NCBI GenBank assembly: GCA_964603985.1
Contig: CAZRXG010000024.1
Location: 460-64,459 of the forward strand
Reading direction: 5' to 3'
DNA length: 64,000 bases
Origin: an uncultured Anaerolineae bacterium
GTDB taxonomy: Bacteria > Chloroflexota > Anaerolineae > Aggregatilineales > UBA3940
This document shows, piece by piece, positions 1-11,767 of the stretch. Made by a program: the position numbers and the translations under genes. Each line of letters begins with the position of its first letter. Position 1 is the first letter of the stretch. Below the pieces are notes generated by a model. The model had not been told where the DNA came from. It saw only the letters and a list, made by a program, of their open reading frames with translations, and did not search any database.

Positions 1-196
1 CACCGCGCAGGGTGAAAACTGAATAACTGCCTGACTGTGTGTTCAGGCCGCTCAACCCCCATTCCCATGATCCACCGTCGCACCCTCTCAGGCGAAGCAT
101 CTGGTTGTTCCACCGGACGGTGCGGTACAATCACAGCCCGGTGAGCGGGTCAAAAACACCGCCGGTTGGTTCTTCTATCGCTGGAGCGAGCACCCC

Positions 197-2002
<1,806 letters not shown>

Positions 2003-2008
2003 GGCCGG

Positions 2009-3190
2009 TCACGATCCCCAGGTGAACGTCCAGGCACGGCTCTGACCACCGACGGGCGGCGCGTTGGGGTTGCTGCCGCTGATGATGGCGATCCGCCACT
2101 CGTACTCGATGGAGTGACCGGGGCCGGGCTGGAGGTCGTCGGGGAGGCGGTAGGCGTTGCTGCGGGTGGTTGCTCTGAACTCCTCCTCGGTGGCGGTGTT
2201 TTGCACGATCACCAGATAGTACTGGTCGCCAGACAGCGGCTGCACGGCGGCCCACTGCAACACGACCCGCTGGTTGCGGGGGACGGTGCTATCGTCAGTC
2301 GGGGCGAGCAGCGAGGGCGGGCCGGGCGTTGGGGTGGGCGTGGCGGTCGAATCGGGGCCGCCGGTCGGCGTCAGGGTGGGGGTGCTGGTGATCAGGATGG
2401 GGACGTAGATCAGGTCGCCGATGCTGAGTATCGGGTCGGGGGGAAGATCGTTGGCCTGGAGGATGGCGTCAACGCGGGAGTAGTATGCCCAGGCAAGTCC
2501 GGCGACTGTGTCACCCTCGACCACCTCGTGAATCCAGTACTGCCCATCAGGCGAGACGCAGCGGTTATCGGGGCCGCAGCCGCTGTAGTCCCCGGATGCC
2601 TCCGGCGCAGCCGGTGCCGGTAACGTGCCCGTCTCCTCACCTTCACTTTCACCCTCACCCCCGCCTGCTACTTCGGTGGTCTGAGGCAAGGTGGTAGAGT
2701 GCAGTGTGGGCGTCGGGCCGGGGGTGGGCGTCTGGCGTGGGATCAGCAGAACCTGGCCTGCGTACAGGTCGGCCTCATTGGCCATGTCGTTCAGGCTCAG
2801 GATCTCAGGGACGACGACCAGTTCGCGGTAGCCGAAAAGCTGGATGATGTAGTAGAGCGTATCGCCCGCCTGAACGGTGTACTGGTACGGCTCAAGCGTC
2901 GCGGTAGCCGCCGGGGTGGGCGTGTCGGTGGGTGGGCCGGGCTGCGATGGGGTGGGCGATGTGGGCAAGGTGGGCGTAAGAGTGCGTGTGACGACCGGTG
3001 TGGCCTCCGCCACCGGCTGCTCGCCTTCCTCGCCACCACCGAAGAAGATGACGAGGCCGACGACCACGCCCACAATGACCAGAACGCCACCGATGATGAT
3101 GATCAGGGTGCGGCGATCAAACGAAGAGAAATCGAACTGAATCCTGGGTCCCATATGGCTTACCTGCTGCGCCCTATCGCCGGGCGGCAC
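2009..3190 (-). CDS. membrane-anchored LysM domain protein
   Basis: N-terminal TM (LIIIIGGVLVIVGVVVGLVIFF), Pro/Thr-rich linkers and two LysM-like repeats (YTVQAGDTLYYIIQLFGY..., HEVVEGDTVAGLAWAYYSRVDAILQANDL). Convergent with mutL. Confidence 0.8.
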   Translation of the reverse strand: MPPGDRAQQVSHMGPRIQFDFSSFDRRTLIIIIGGVLVIVGVVVGLVIFFGGGEEGEQPVAEATPVVTRTLTPTLPTSPTPSQPGPPTDTPTPAATATLEPYQYTVQAGDTLYYIIQLFGYRELVVVPEILSLNDMANEADLYAGQVLLIPRQTPTPGPTPTLHSTTLPQTTEVAGGGEGESEGEETGTLPAPAAPEASGDYSGCGPDNRCVSPDGQYWIHEVVEGDTVAGLAWAYYSRVDAILQANDLPPDPILSIGDLIYVPILITSTPTLTPTGGPDSTATPTPTPGPPSLLAPTDDSTVPRNQRVVLQWAAVQPLSGDQYYLVIVQNTATEEEFRATTRSNAYRLPDDLQPGPGHSIEYEWRIAIISGSNPNAPPVGGQSRAWTFTWGS

Positions 3191-3252
3191 GGGAGCAGTA
3201 TACCGCCACCGGACGGGTTTTCCCAGGTGGCGAGGCTACGCCTGGCTGACGG

Positions 3253-3828
3253 TCAGGCACTCTCCGGTCGACCTTCCAGGCCAAGCTCGGCGGCGATGCC
3301 CTGCATGGCTCCGAGCACCAGCGGCACGTGCTCCTCCCACAGGTCGACGCCCAATTCTTCGCAGCCCCGCTCGATGTCCTCGCGGTCGGCACCCGCCGCG
3401 AAGGATTTGTCCTTCCACTTCTTCTTGATCGACTTGACCTTCACATCGTGGATGCTCTTACTGGGGCGCACAAGCGCAACGGCTACGATCAGGCCGGTCA
3501 GCTCGTCGACGGCGTAGAGCGCCTTGTCGCGCAGCGTTTCGCGCGGGACGCCGGTTCCTATCCCGTGGCTGAGGATGGTGCGGATATCTTCCTCGGATAC
3601 GCCGCGCTCACGCAGGATGGGCGCACCCTTGGCGGGGTGTTCGTCAAGGTTGGGGTGGATCTCCCAGTCGAAGTCGTGCAGCAGGCCGACCAGGCCCCAA
3701 CTATCCTCATCCTCGCCGAACCTGGGCGCATAAGCGCGCATCGCCGCTTCAACGGCGAGCATGTGCTTGATCAGGTTCTCATTCTGGGTGAATTCTCTGA
3801 CAATCGCTAAAGCTTCTTCGCGGTTCAT
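3253..3828 (-). CDS. HD-domain metal-dependent phosphohydrolase
   Basis: 191 aa with H...HD signature (IKHMLAVE..., GLLHDFDWE). 4-nt overlap with the upstream gene stop (3825-3828) suggests an operon. Confidence 0.75.
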   Translation of the reverse strand: MNREEALAIVREFTQNENLIKHMLAVEAAMRAYAPRFGEDEDSWGLVGLLHDFDWEIHPNLDEHPAKGAPILRERGVSEEDIRTILSHGIGTGVPRETLRDKALYAVDELTGLIVAVALVRPSKSIHDVKVKSIKKKWKDKSFAAGADREDIERGCEELGVDLWEEHVPLVLGAMQGIAAELGLEGRPESA

Positions 3829-4790
3829 GGGTAATCCTCGTTGATGATCTGGCCTTCAATCTTCTGCCCAGCGCCAATCCGGCGGCCCAGCACCATAGAA
3901 TCGCGGATGACGGTCTCCGGCCCGACGACGCTGCCTGTCTCGAGATAGGCGTAAGGGCCAATGTGAGCTTTGGCACGGACGACCACGCCGGGATCAATAT
4001 GCACCGGGGGGATGATCTCGACCGAGGTTGGGATGTCACTGAGCAGGCTGGGGGCCGATAACTGCGCCAGGAAGTGGCGATTGGCCTGCATCAGGTCATC
4101 CGGGTTGCGAAGGCTGATCGCCCACTCCGCTTCGGCCGCCCCCACCGTGTGCCCCTCGTCGATCATCATCTGGATGGCGGTGGTCAGGACACGCTCGCCG
4201 CTCTCCTCGGTGATGGGGACCCGCTCCAGGTAGTCGAGCACCCTGGGGGTGAAGCCGTAGACCGGTAGGGCGGTCATGTGGGCTTGGTGTGCGTCTGACG
4301 GTCTTTCGGAGATGTAGATCACGTGGCCACGCGGGTCGAGCAGCACGCTGGCAGCCTCAACGGCCTGCTCCGGCGCGTGGTGCAGACTCAGGACGGTGGC
4401 ATCGACCGGGTGACTCTCAAAGTACTGGCATAGGTTGGTGACGTGCTCCTCCGGGACAAGCGTATCACAGTGGGCAATGATGAAGGGGCCGTCGATCAGG
4501 GAGCGGGCGGCAAAGAGCGTCGAAGCCGTACCGCGCAGATGCCCCCGCAGCGCGAAGGCCAGCTTTGCATCGGGGTGCCAGCGGGCGTGCAGCCATTCGG
4601 CGACGCTGCCCTCGCCCTCGCCGACGACAACGGTGAAGCGCCGGATCCCGGCCTTGTAGTAACCATCCATCACCCGCGCGATCATGGGTTTGCCCATGAT
4701 CGGCAGCATCGCCTTCGGACGTGTCCGTGTGAGCGGCTCCATCTGCCCGGTGGGGCTTGCAGCCATGACGATGACGTGCTCAATTATCAT
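3825..4790 (-). CDS. sugar-phosphate nucleotidyltransferase with C-terminal left-handed beta-helix
   Basis: N-terminal NTP_transferase pattern (LTRTRPKAMLPIMGKPMI). C-terminal hexapeptide-like repeats (VVRAKAHIGPYAYLETGSVVGPETVIRDSMVLG). Confidence 0.8.
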   Translation of the reverse strand: MIIEHVIVMAASPTGQMEPLTRTRPKAMLPIMGKPMIARVMDGYYKAGIRRFTVVVGEGEGSVAEWLHARWHPDAKLAFALRGHLRGTASTLFAARSLIDGPFIIAHCDTLVPEEHVTNLCQYFESHPVDATVLSLHHAPEQAVEAASVLLDPRGHVIYISERPSDAHQAHMTALPVYGFTPRVLDYLERVPITEESGERVLTTAIQMMIDEGHTVGAAEAEWAISLRNPDDLMQANRHFLAQLSAPSLLSDIPTSVEIIPPVHIDPGVVVRAKAHIGPYAYLETGSVVGPETVIRDSMVLGRRIGAGQKIEGQIINEDYP

Positions 4791-4867
4791 GATTCGGACC
4801 TGCTTTGGCCGGTGGGATCCTCAGAATAGCTTCACCCGGGCACAAAACATCGCCCGGCGGTGGCCGG

Positions 4868-4897
4868 ATTTTACCATGCACACGGCAAAACTATCAA
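4868..4897 (-). promoter_or_regulatory. candidate sigma70-type promoter for the 3825-4790 operon
   Basis: Minus strand reads TTGATA, an 18-nt spacer, then (TGg)TAAAAT. It lies about 75 nt upstream of the ATG at 4790. Confidence 0.35.
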
Positions 4898-5198
4898 CGG
4901 CAAATCACGATTGAAAGTGGAGAGTGATTGGCGGGGGTGTGTGGTAGGAGAGTGATATTGAAACCCAAAGGGCCGAAGTGAACGTGAAACAGGCCACGAG
5001 GCAGTTACCCCGCGGCCCGTTCCGTTTGAGGATAAGGTGGATGTGTCCTGGGCAAATGCGGCTGGAACGTGAGTGGCCGTTATGCCCCTTACACCATTTT
5101 TCAACGTAAGTTCTGGAGAAACGTTTCAGGGGCGCGTTGTGATGCGGCTCCCCCACGTTTCCTCCACAGCCAGACCTCCACGCTCTCGGGGCCTGCGC

Positions 5199-5900
5199 TC
5201 AGGCGGCGCGGCGACTTTCAAACTGCCAGCGCGTTGCCTGCCCGTCCCCGTATTCGCGCGAGACGAGCAGGTCGATCAGTGCCTCGCGGGCATAGGCCTC
5301 CGGGATCAGCTTGAAAGCCGTCGCAAGGTGCTTACAGAGCGCCTTCTGCCGCGAAGCAAAATCGAAGAACGTGCAGTCGCAGCTCAACCTGCGCCCGGCG
5401 AGGTCGATCTCGGCGTCGTGGCCGCGCATGGTGTAAACCCAGCGCCTGGTGCCACCCTCGACCAGGACGGCGTCTCCTGCCGACACCTGATCGAGGCGGG
5501 GCTTACCGGGTCGCCCTAGACGCTGCGCGTCCTGGTGGAGCGCCATTTCCAGCAGGCCGTCCACCGTGAGCGGCCCGAAGCGTGCCGCGATCAGGTCCTG
5601 CTGCAGGCGCTTCAAATCGCTGGCGGAGAGGCGGCGCAGGATGCGCATGATCAGATCGCGTCTGGAGAGGCCGGGGATGCGGCGCAGGCCGTAGCGTTCC
5701 GCCAGCCAGATGAGGGTTGGCGCGCTGGTGTCGCGCATCAGGTTGAGCAACACCTTCGAGGCGCGCCGACCGCCGCCCCGACTGACAGTAAGGCCCTGTT
5801 TCTCTCCTATGGGGTAAAACTGTTCTTCCAGCACGGCCATATCCTTTTCAACCAATACATATACCACTCTCATCTTAAGTATATCGCAGTGTTGTGACAC
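5199..5900 (-). CDS. SWIM zinc-finger protein
   Basis: C-terminal CxCx(n)CxH motif (LSCDCTFFDFASRQKALCKHLATAF). The track start is a GTG at 5900; the true start may be an internal Met (MRVVYV... or MAVLEEQ...). Confidence 0.6.
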   Translation of the reverse strand: MSQHCDILKMRVVYVLVEKDMAVLEEQFYPIGEKQGLTVSRGGGRRASKVLLNLMRDTSAPTLIWLAERYGLRRIPGLSRRDLIMRILRRLSASDLKRLQQDLIAARFGPLTVDGLLEMALHQDAQRLGRPGKPRLDQVSAGDAVLVEGGTRRWVYTMRGHDAEIDLAGRRLSCDCTFFDFASRQKALCKHLATAFKLIPEAYAREALIDLLVSREYGDGQATRWQFESRRAA

Positions 5901-5911
5901 CTAATGTCACA
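5893..5911. promoter_or_regulatory. perfect inverted repeat TGTGACA-N5-TGTCACA in a divergent promoter region
   Basis: Read directly from the sequence. Overlaps the annotated GTG of the SWIM ORF and sits about 220 nt upstream of the PIG-L gene. Confidence 0.3.
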
Positions 5912-6129
5912 AATTAGGGCATGTTTTGGATTTGAGGGCAGCCGGGAGGACGCCGGGGAGGAGGCAGCAACCTTGCAGGTCTCTTGAGCGCTGCAGAACG
6001 CCGGGCCGCAAAGCTCAAAGAATGGGCCGGTTTGGGAGCGCCGTAGAGATGTTGCATTATGTCATCGTGCCTCAGTAAAATCCGGGCTGGCCTTCTGGAC
6101 TGTGACTGCATAGAGATTGAACAGGCAAT

Positions 6130-6864
6130 ATGGAACAAGATAACTCAACAACACCGGAACGCGTCCTCGTCATCGTGGCACATCCGGACGACATCGAATT
6201 TGGCGTGGCGGGCAGCATCGCGCGTTGGGTAAACGAGGGAGCAGAGGTTACCTACTGCATCATCACCGACGGCGCTGCGGGTAGCAACGAGCCGGGGGTC
6301 GACCCGGCGGAACTGGCCGAGCAACGCCGAGAGGAACAGATCGGGGCGGCCAGAGCCGTTGGTGTGGAGGACGTGCGTTTTCTTGGCTACAGCGATGGCT
6401 TGCTTGAGCCGACCATAGAACTGCGCCGCGAACTCACCCGCCTGATCCGCGAGGTGCGCCCTGAGCGCGTGATCTGTCAGGACCCAACCACGGTCTTCGT
6501 GCGGGGCGATTATGTCAACCATCCCGATCACCGGGCGGCGGGTGAGGCGGCGATCTACGCCGTCTTCCCCAGTGCGGGGACGCGCCCGATATTCCCGGAG
6601 CTGCTCGACGAGGGCTACAGGCCGCACGACGTCAGGGAGCTTTATATGACGTTGACGCTCAAGCCGGACGTCGCGGTGGACATTTCGGGCACGATTGAGC
6701 GCAAGCTGGAGGCGCTGCTGTGCCACGAGTCGCAGGTTGGGCCTGATGCGGCGGACAGGGTCCGGGGGTGGAACGCCGAGGCAGGCGAAGAGGTGGGTTA
6801 CGGATACGCAGAGGTGTTCCGCGTAATGTGGCTGGACAGAAGGGGCGAAGAAGCGGAGGAATAG
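6130..6864 (+). CDS. PIG-L/LmbE family deacetylase
   Basis: VIVAHPDDIEFGVAGSIA and HPDH motifs typical of the LmbE/PIG-L zinc deacetylase fold. Confidence 0.85.
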   Translation: MEQDNSTTPERVLVIVAHPDDIEFGVAGSIARWVNEGAEVTYCIITDGAAGSNEPGVDPAELAEQRREEQIGAARAVGVEDVRFLGYSDGLLEPTIELRRELTRLIREVRPERVICQDPTTVFVRGDYVNHPDHRAAGEAAIYAVFPSAGTRPIFPELLDEGYRPHDVRELYMTLTLKPDVAVDISGTIERKLEALLCHESQVGPDAADRVRGWNAEAGEEVGYGYAEVFRVMWLDRRGEEAEE

Positions 6865-7038
6865 GACATTGGCCCGGCTGTCGCCGGCCGGAGAACGGAT
6901 AGGACTGCCATCACCTCGCTCTCATCCCCGATAGAGATACACAGCGGACGGGGCATCGTGTACAATGGTATCGGGACCGATTTGTCCAAATCCACTCCGA
7001 CGCCATCGGCACGGCTGCACACAGCAATAGGAACGACC

Positions 7039-8658
7039 ATGCACGCTGAAACGGTTCTCTACAACGGCCACATCCGCACCCAGCACGACGCCCGTCCCCA
7101 CGCCCAGGCGCTTGCCGTCCGCGATGGCAGGGTGATCGCTGTGGGTGGCGACGACGAGATACGTGACCTGCTCGCCCCCGGTGGTGAGGCGATCAACCTG
7201 GAAGGCCGACTGGTCATTCCCGGCCTGACGGACGCGCACGTGCACCTTTCGTGGTATGCGCGTTTCCTGCACGGTGTCGACCTGACCATCGCGACCTCGG
7301 CCCGGCAGGCCGCCGAACTGGTCGCTGCGGGGGCGTCGCAAACTCCTCCCGGCGAGTGGGTACGCGGGCGCGGCTGGGCGCAGGATAGTTGGCCGGATCG
7401 TGCCTTCCCGACCGCCGCACAGCTTGACGCGCTGGTTCCCAGCCACCCGGTCTACCTCGACGCGCACTCCGCACACGCCGCCTGGGTCAACTCGGCGGCG
7501 CTGCGGTTGGCGGGCGTCACCGCCGACACGCCCGACCCGCCCGGCGGCCAGATCGCACGCGACGAGTCCGGCCACCCGACCGGCGTGCTCTTCGAGACCG
7601 CGATGGAGTTGGTCGCCTCGATCATCCCTGAAGCCACACCTGAGCAACTCGCCGAACAGGTCAAAACGGCCATCGCGCGAGCGCACCGGGGTGGCCTGAC
7701 CTGCATCCACGACTTCGACGGGGCGCTGGCTTTCCAGGCTTACCAGGTGCTCCGGGCACGCGGCGAGCTCAGCCTGCGCATCGTCAAAAACATCCCGGTC
7801 GGGCTGCTCGACCAGGCGATTGCGCTGGGGCTTCGCTGGGGCTTCGGAGACGATTTTCTGCGCATCGGCGGGGTGAAATCCTTCGCCGACGGTGCACTTG
7901 GCCCGCGCACCGCCTGGATGGTCGAGCCATACGTGGGCGAGCCGGACAACACCGGCATCTGCGTCACCGACCCGGAAGAGATGAAGGAGAACGTCAGCAG
8001 AGCCAGCGCCGCCGGTTTGCCCTCGACGATCCATGCCATCGGTGACCGGGCAGTGCATCACGTGTTGAACGTCTACGAGGCTGTTCGCAAAGAGGAGGCA
8101 GCGCGCGGCGTCAGGCCGGATCACATGCGCCACCGCATCGAACACGTCCAGATCATCCACCCCGACGACGCGGGGCGGCTCGGTCAACTGGGCATCGTCG
8201 CCTCGATGCAGCCCAACCATGCCATGTCCGACATGGTCATGGCCGACACCTACTGGGGCGACCGCGCTGACTATGCCTACAATTGGCGCTTGCAGCTTGA
8301 CGCGGGTGCGCCGCTCGCGTTGGGCAGCGACGCGCCGATAGAGCCTGTTGAGCCGCTGCCCAACATCCGGGCTGCCGTCACCCGCTGCCGCGCCGACGGC
8401 TCCCCCGGCCCGGAGGGATGGCGCTCCGGCAAGGACGGACGCGGGCGGCTGACGGTTGACGAGGCGGTGCGCGGTTTCACGCTCGGCGCGGCCTATGCTG
8501 CCGGGATGGAGGATCGCCTGGGACGGCTTGCGCCGGGGTATCTTGCCGACCTAGTTGTGCTGGGACAGGACATCTACACCTGCGACCCGGCGACCATCGG
8601 CGAGACGGAGGTGCCGGGCACGATGGTCGGTGGTCGGTGGGTGCATCGCGAGTTCTGA
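7039..8658 (+). CDS. amidohydrolase family (Amidohydro_3 / YtcJ-like) metallohydrolase
   Basis: PGLTDAHVHL metal motif, HAIGD, IEHVQ and a C-terminal GSDAP pattern. ATG at 7039 chosen over the upstream GTG at 6958, which sits beside a TACAAT -10-like box. Confidence 0.85.
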   Translation: MHAETVLYNGHIRTQHDARPHAQALAVRDGRVIAVGGDDEIRDLLAPGGEAINLEGRLVIPGLTDAHVHLSWYARFLHGVDLTIATSARQAAELVAAGASQTPPGEWVRGRGWAQDSWPDRAFPTAAQLDALVPSHPVYLDAHSAHAAWVNSAALRLAGVTADTPDPPGGQIARDESGHPTGVLFETAMELVASIIPEATPEQLAEQVKTAIARAHRGGLTCIHDFDGALAFQAYQVLRARGELSLRIVKNIPVGLLDQAIALGLRWGFGDDFLRIGGVKSFADGALGPRTAWMVEPYVGEPDNTGICVTDPEEMKENVSRASAAGLPSTIHAIGDRAVHHVLNVYEAVRKEEAARGVRPDHMRHRIEHVQIIHPDDAGRLGQLGIVASMQPNHAMSDMVMADTYWGDRADYAYNWRLQLDAGAPLALGSDAPIEPVEPLPNIRAAVTRCRADGSPGPEGWRSGKDGRGRLTVDEAVRGFTLGAAYAAGMEDRLGRLAPGYLADLVVLGQDIYTCDPATIGETEVPGTMVGGRWVHREF

Positions 8659-8686
8659 GCAGGTGTTCTGGTGGAGGTGACCAAAA

Positions 8687-9898
8687 ATGCGCGTGCTTAT
8701 TCCTAACCATTTTCCGCTGGAGGGATCGGGCAGCGGCATCTACGCGCAGAATGTCGCGTGGGAAGTCGTCAAGGCCGGGCACGAAGCCCTCGCCATCGTC
8801 CCCGACCACGAGCCGGTAACGGGCTTCCCTTTCCCCGTGCGGACGATCCTTTTCACCCCGGAGGATGAGGAGCCGGGCGACCGCCTGCCTTTCAACTTCC
8901 CCTGCTTCACCACCCATCCTAAGAGCCACGTCCAGTTTGGCGACCTGGATGCCGACCAGCGCGCCGCCTACGTTGCCGCCTTCCACCAGACCATCCGGGC
9001 TGCCGTCGATGAGTGGCAGCCCGACGTGATCCACGCCAACCACCTTTGGGTGACGGCCTATGTCGCCGCTCAGGTTGGCGTGCCCTACGTCGCCACCACG
9101 CACGGCACCGACCTGATGGGCTTCCGCAAATATGAGGCTTACCGGCAGATCGCGCTTGAGGGCGCGCACGATGCTCACGCCATCATCGCCATCTCCAGGC
9201 AGGTCATGCAAGATGCTCAGGAGTTGTATCGCCTGCCCGACGACAGGCTGCGCCTGATCTGGAATGGCTTCCCCGATACCATCTTCAAGGTGATACCCGG
9301 CCTGGACCGGGCCGAAGTCCTGCGCGCGCACGGCCTGCCCGAAAACCCCACCTACATCGTGACCTTTGTGGGCAAGTTCACCGACTTCAAGGGCATCGAC
9401 GTGCTAATCGATGCAGCCGCCATCTACGAAAAAGAGCTGGGCGACGTGATCACCGTTATGATGGGGGACGGGGAGTTGCGCCCTCAGATTGAGGCGCAGG
9501 CCGCCGACCTGGGTCTCAAGGGGGTGTACTTTCTGGGGCATACCCCCCAGCCTGAGGTCGCGAAGCTCTATAACCTGGCCGACTGCTCGACCGTCCCGTC
9601 GCGTGTTGAGCCGTTCGGCCTGGTCGCCATCGAGGCGCTGGCCTGCGGCACGCCCGTCGTCGCGACCAACGCCGGGGGCCTGCCGGATTTCATCAGCGAC
9701 GAGGTGGGCGCGCTCGTCCCGATGGACGACCCGCCTGCGCTGGCACAGGCCATCATCGATCAGGTGCGTGGGGGCGCAAAACAGACCAAAGGCCCGTACT
9801 GCGCCGAGTATGCGCTGGGGGGGTTCTCGTGGCGCGGGCAGGTTGGGAAGATGATCGCGCTGTATGAGGAGGCGATTCAGGCAGCCGCGGGCAAGTAA
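8687..9898 (+). CDS. GT4 (GT-B fold) glycosyltransferase
   Basis: C-terminal VPSRVEPFGLVAIEALACGTPVVATNAGGLPDFI (E-x7-E region), typical of group 1 glycosyltransferases. Confidence 0.85.
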   Translation: MRVLIPNHFPLEGSGSGIYAQNVAWEVVKAGHEALAIVPDHEPVTGFPFPVRTILFTPEDEEPGDRLPFNFPCFTTHPKSHVQFGDLDADQRAAYVAAFHQTIRAAVDEWQPDVIHANHLWVTAYVAAQVGVPYVATTHGTDLMGFRKYEAYRQIALEGAHDAHAIIAISRQVMQDAQELYRLPDDRLRLIWNGFPDTIFKVIPGLDRAEVLRAHGLPENPTYIVTFVGKFTDFKGIDVLIDAAAIYEKELGDVITVMMGDGELRPQIEAQAADLGLKGVYFLGHTPQPEVAKLYNLADCSTVPSRVEPFGLVAIEALACGTPVVATNAGGLPDFISDEVGALVPMDDPPALAQAIIDQVRGGAKQTKGPYCAEYALGGFSWRGQVGKMIALYEEAIQAAAGK

Positions 9899-9913
9899 CT
9901 GTGCCCGTCCGCC

Positions 9914-11608
9914 TCATTCCTCAAAGATCGCGTCTAACTCTTCTTCCGGTACGTCAAAAGCCGTGCCAAGCGGCGGCAGCTCCTCGCGCGTCATCCATTC
10001 CGGGATGCGGTCGTCCTCTCTGGTGAAGCCTGCCTGCCGGTTGAACTGGCGCTCCATCAGGATTGACTCACGCCCCAGCGTGGTCAGGTAATCCTCGCCT
10101 ACATTCCAGCCGTAGCGCCCGTTGACCAGGTCGCGGGCCAGCGCGGCGTTCATCACGAACCCGCCGAAGATGCACACACCCAGCGAGTCGCAGCCCGCCA
10201 TCTTGTACTGCGCCGCCCGCGAAAGCTCAGCCTGCCCCTCAGGATCGGTGTGATCGACCTTGGCCCGGATCGTCAGGCCGCTGGTGTGATCGGCCCCCTG
10301 CGGCGAGGTGGCGTAGGTGACACCCGTCCCCTTTATGGCACGCGGATCGTAGGCCGAGATCGCCTGCCCCTTGACGGCAGGGATGCGCTGCACGCCCAGC
10401 ACCTTACCGGCCAACTCCGCCCCATTCCCGATGATCCGCCCCAGCGGCGTGCCCCACCGGGCCTCTTCCATCAACTCAAGCGCGCGCTCCCCGTCGCCAA
10501 ACGCCATCAGACCCGCCTCGGCGGCGACGCCTATCGCAGCGCCGACCTCAATCGTGTCCACCCCCAGGTCGTTGGCAACGGCGTTCATCCGGGCGATTAC
10601 GTCGGGGTTGTCGATGCCCAGGTTGGAGCCCATCAGGCCGATGGTCTCGTACTCCAGCGGCGTGACGAGTTTTTCGCCGTCCGGCCCGTGATACACATTC
10701 GAGCACCCGATGATGCAGCCCGCCATGCAGGCGTGTGAGATGTCTCCGCCGCGTGACTCGTTCAGCTTGCGGATCGTCTCGCCGCTGATGGCTTCTGCCC
10801 CTTCGAAGCTGCCCGCCGAGAAGTTGCGGGTTGGTATTCCCCCCAGCGAGTTGCACAAGTTGACCATCGCCGCCGTGCCGTAGAAAGGGAAGACCTCGCC
10901 GGTCTGGGGATGGTCTTGCAGTGCCTTGAGATAGCGCTTTGAAGCATCGCGGAACAGTTCCTTGTCCACCACCTCCGGCTGGTTGGCGCGCGGGTGATCG
11001 AAGATCACTGCCCTAAGGCGCTTTGATCCCATCACCGCACCCAGCCCACCGCGCGCCGAGATACGCGTCAGGTTGCGGTCGTTATCCATGTGCGCGATGC
11101 CCGCCGAGCGGTAAAGCATCTCGCCCGCCGGGCCGATAGCCGAGACGCCGATCCGGTCATTGAAGCGTTCTCTAAGGCGCTCACCGGTCTCCTGCAGGCC
11201 CAGCCCAGTCAGGTCATCAGCCGGTTCAAAGTGCGCGCCGCCCTCACCGATATAGAGCAGCCGCCAGCCATCATCAGGGGATGGATCCCCCTCGACGATC
11301 AGCGCGGACAGCCGCAGCCACGCCATGCGCATCCCGGTGCTGCCTCCCGCATTGGCCTCCTTCGCGCCGCCGGTCAACGGACTTTTCCCCCCCACCGAGA
11401 TCCGGTCCACGCTGGAGAGCATGTGCCCCACCAGCAGCCCCGGAGCCCAGATCAGCCTGTTGTCCGGGCCAAGCGGGTCACACGCCGGTGGGACGTCGTC
11501 CAGCAGGAAACGGGCCACCAGGGCACGTCCTCCGTACCGCTTCCAACCTTCGGGGATGTCCTCGTATCGAACATCGCCGGTTCCGACATTGGCGCGTAAG
11601 ACCTGCAT
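9914..11608 (-). CDS. aldehyde:ferredoxin oxidoreductase (AOR) family tungsten/molybdopterin enzyme
   Basis: 564 aa. The N-terminus (LRANVGTGDVRYEDIPEGWKRYGGRALVARFLL...PLGPDNRLIWAPGLL) and the central and C-terminal blocks match the AOR family architecture. Confidence 0.88.
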   Translation of the reverse strand: MQVLRANVGTGDVRYEDIPEGWKRYGGRALVARFLLDDVPPACDPLGPDNRLIWAPGLLVGHMLSSVDRISVGGKSPLTGGAKEANAGGSTGMRMAWLRLSALIVEGDPSPDDGWRLLYIGEGGAHFEPADDLTGLGLQETGERLRERFNDRIGVSAIGPAGEMLYRSAGIAHMDNDRNLTRISARGGLGAVMGSKRLRAVIFDHPRANQPEVVDKELFRDASKRYLKALQDHPQTGEVFPFYGTAAMVNLCNSLGGIPTRNFSAGSFEGAEAISGETIRKLNESRGGDISHACMAGCIIGCSNVYHGPDGEKLVTPLEYETIGLMGSNLGIDNPDVIARMNAVANDLGVDTIEVGAAIGVAAEAGLMAFGDGERALELMEEARWGTPLGRIIGNGAELAGKVLGVQRIPAVKGQAISAYDPRAIKGTGVTYATSPQGADHTSGLTIRAKVDHTDPEGQAELSRAAQYKMAGCDSLGVCIFGGFVMNAALARDLVNGRYGWNVGEDYLTTLGRESILMERQFNRQAGFTREDDRIPEWMTREELPPLGTAFDVPEEELDAIFEE

Positions 11609-11767
11609 CGGGGTCCTTCCTCCTGTTCGGGGTCAATTGCGGTGTTGTGCTCTCCCTCACTCTAAGTTTAGCGTGAACTTGCCTAACTTTAAAATTACCT
11701 CTAAAGTCAGGTGAGGCGAGACACCGCACCGTGGTTTGTATCCTTGCGTAGTGGGAGAGAACAGCCA

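Noticed and set aside
2290-3060. Pro/Thr/Gly-rich repetitive coding segments considered as DNA repeats or mobile remnants. The same applies to about 46480-46620, 49320-49400 and 52140-52260.
   Set aside because: They are in-frame low-complexity interdomain linkers of envelope proteins. No flanking inverted or direct repeats and no transposase.
6130-9898. PIG-L deacetylase plus GT4 glycosyltransferase considered as a bacillithiol/mycothiol-type (BshB/BshA or MshB/MshA) thiol pathway.
   Set aside because: The GT4 N-terminus does not resemble BshA/MshA as I remember them. There is no BshC/MshC-like ligase, and an unrelated amidohydrolase sits between the two genes. I cannot support the idea from sequence alone.
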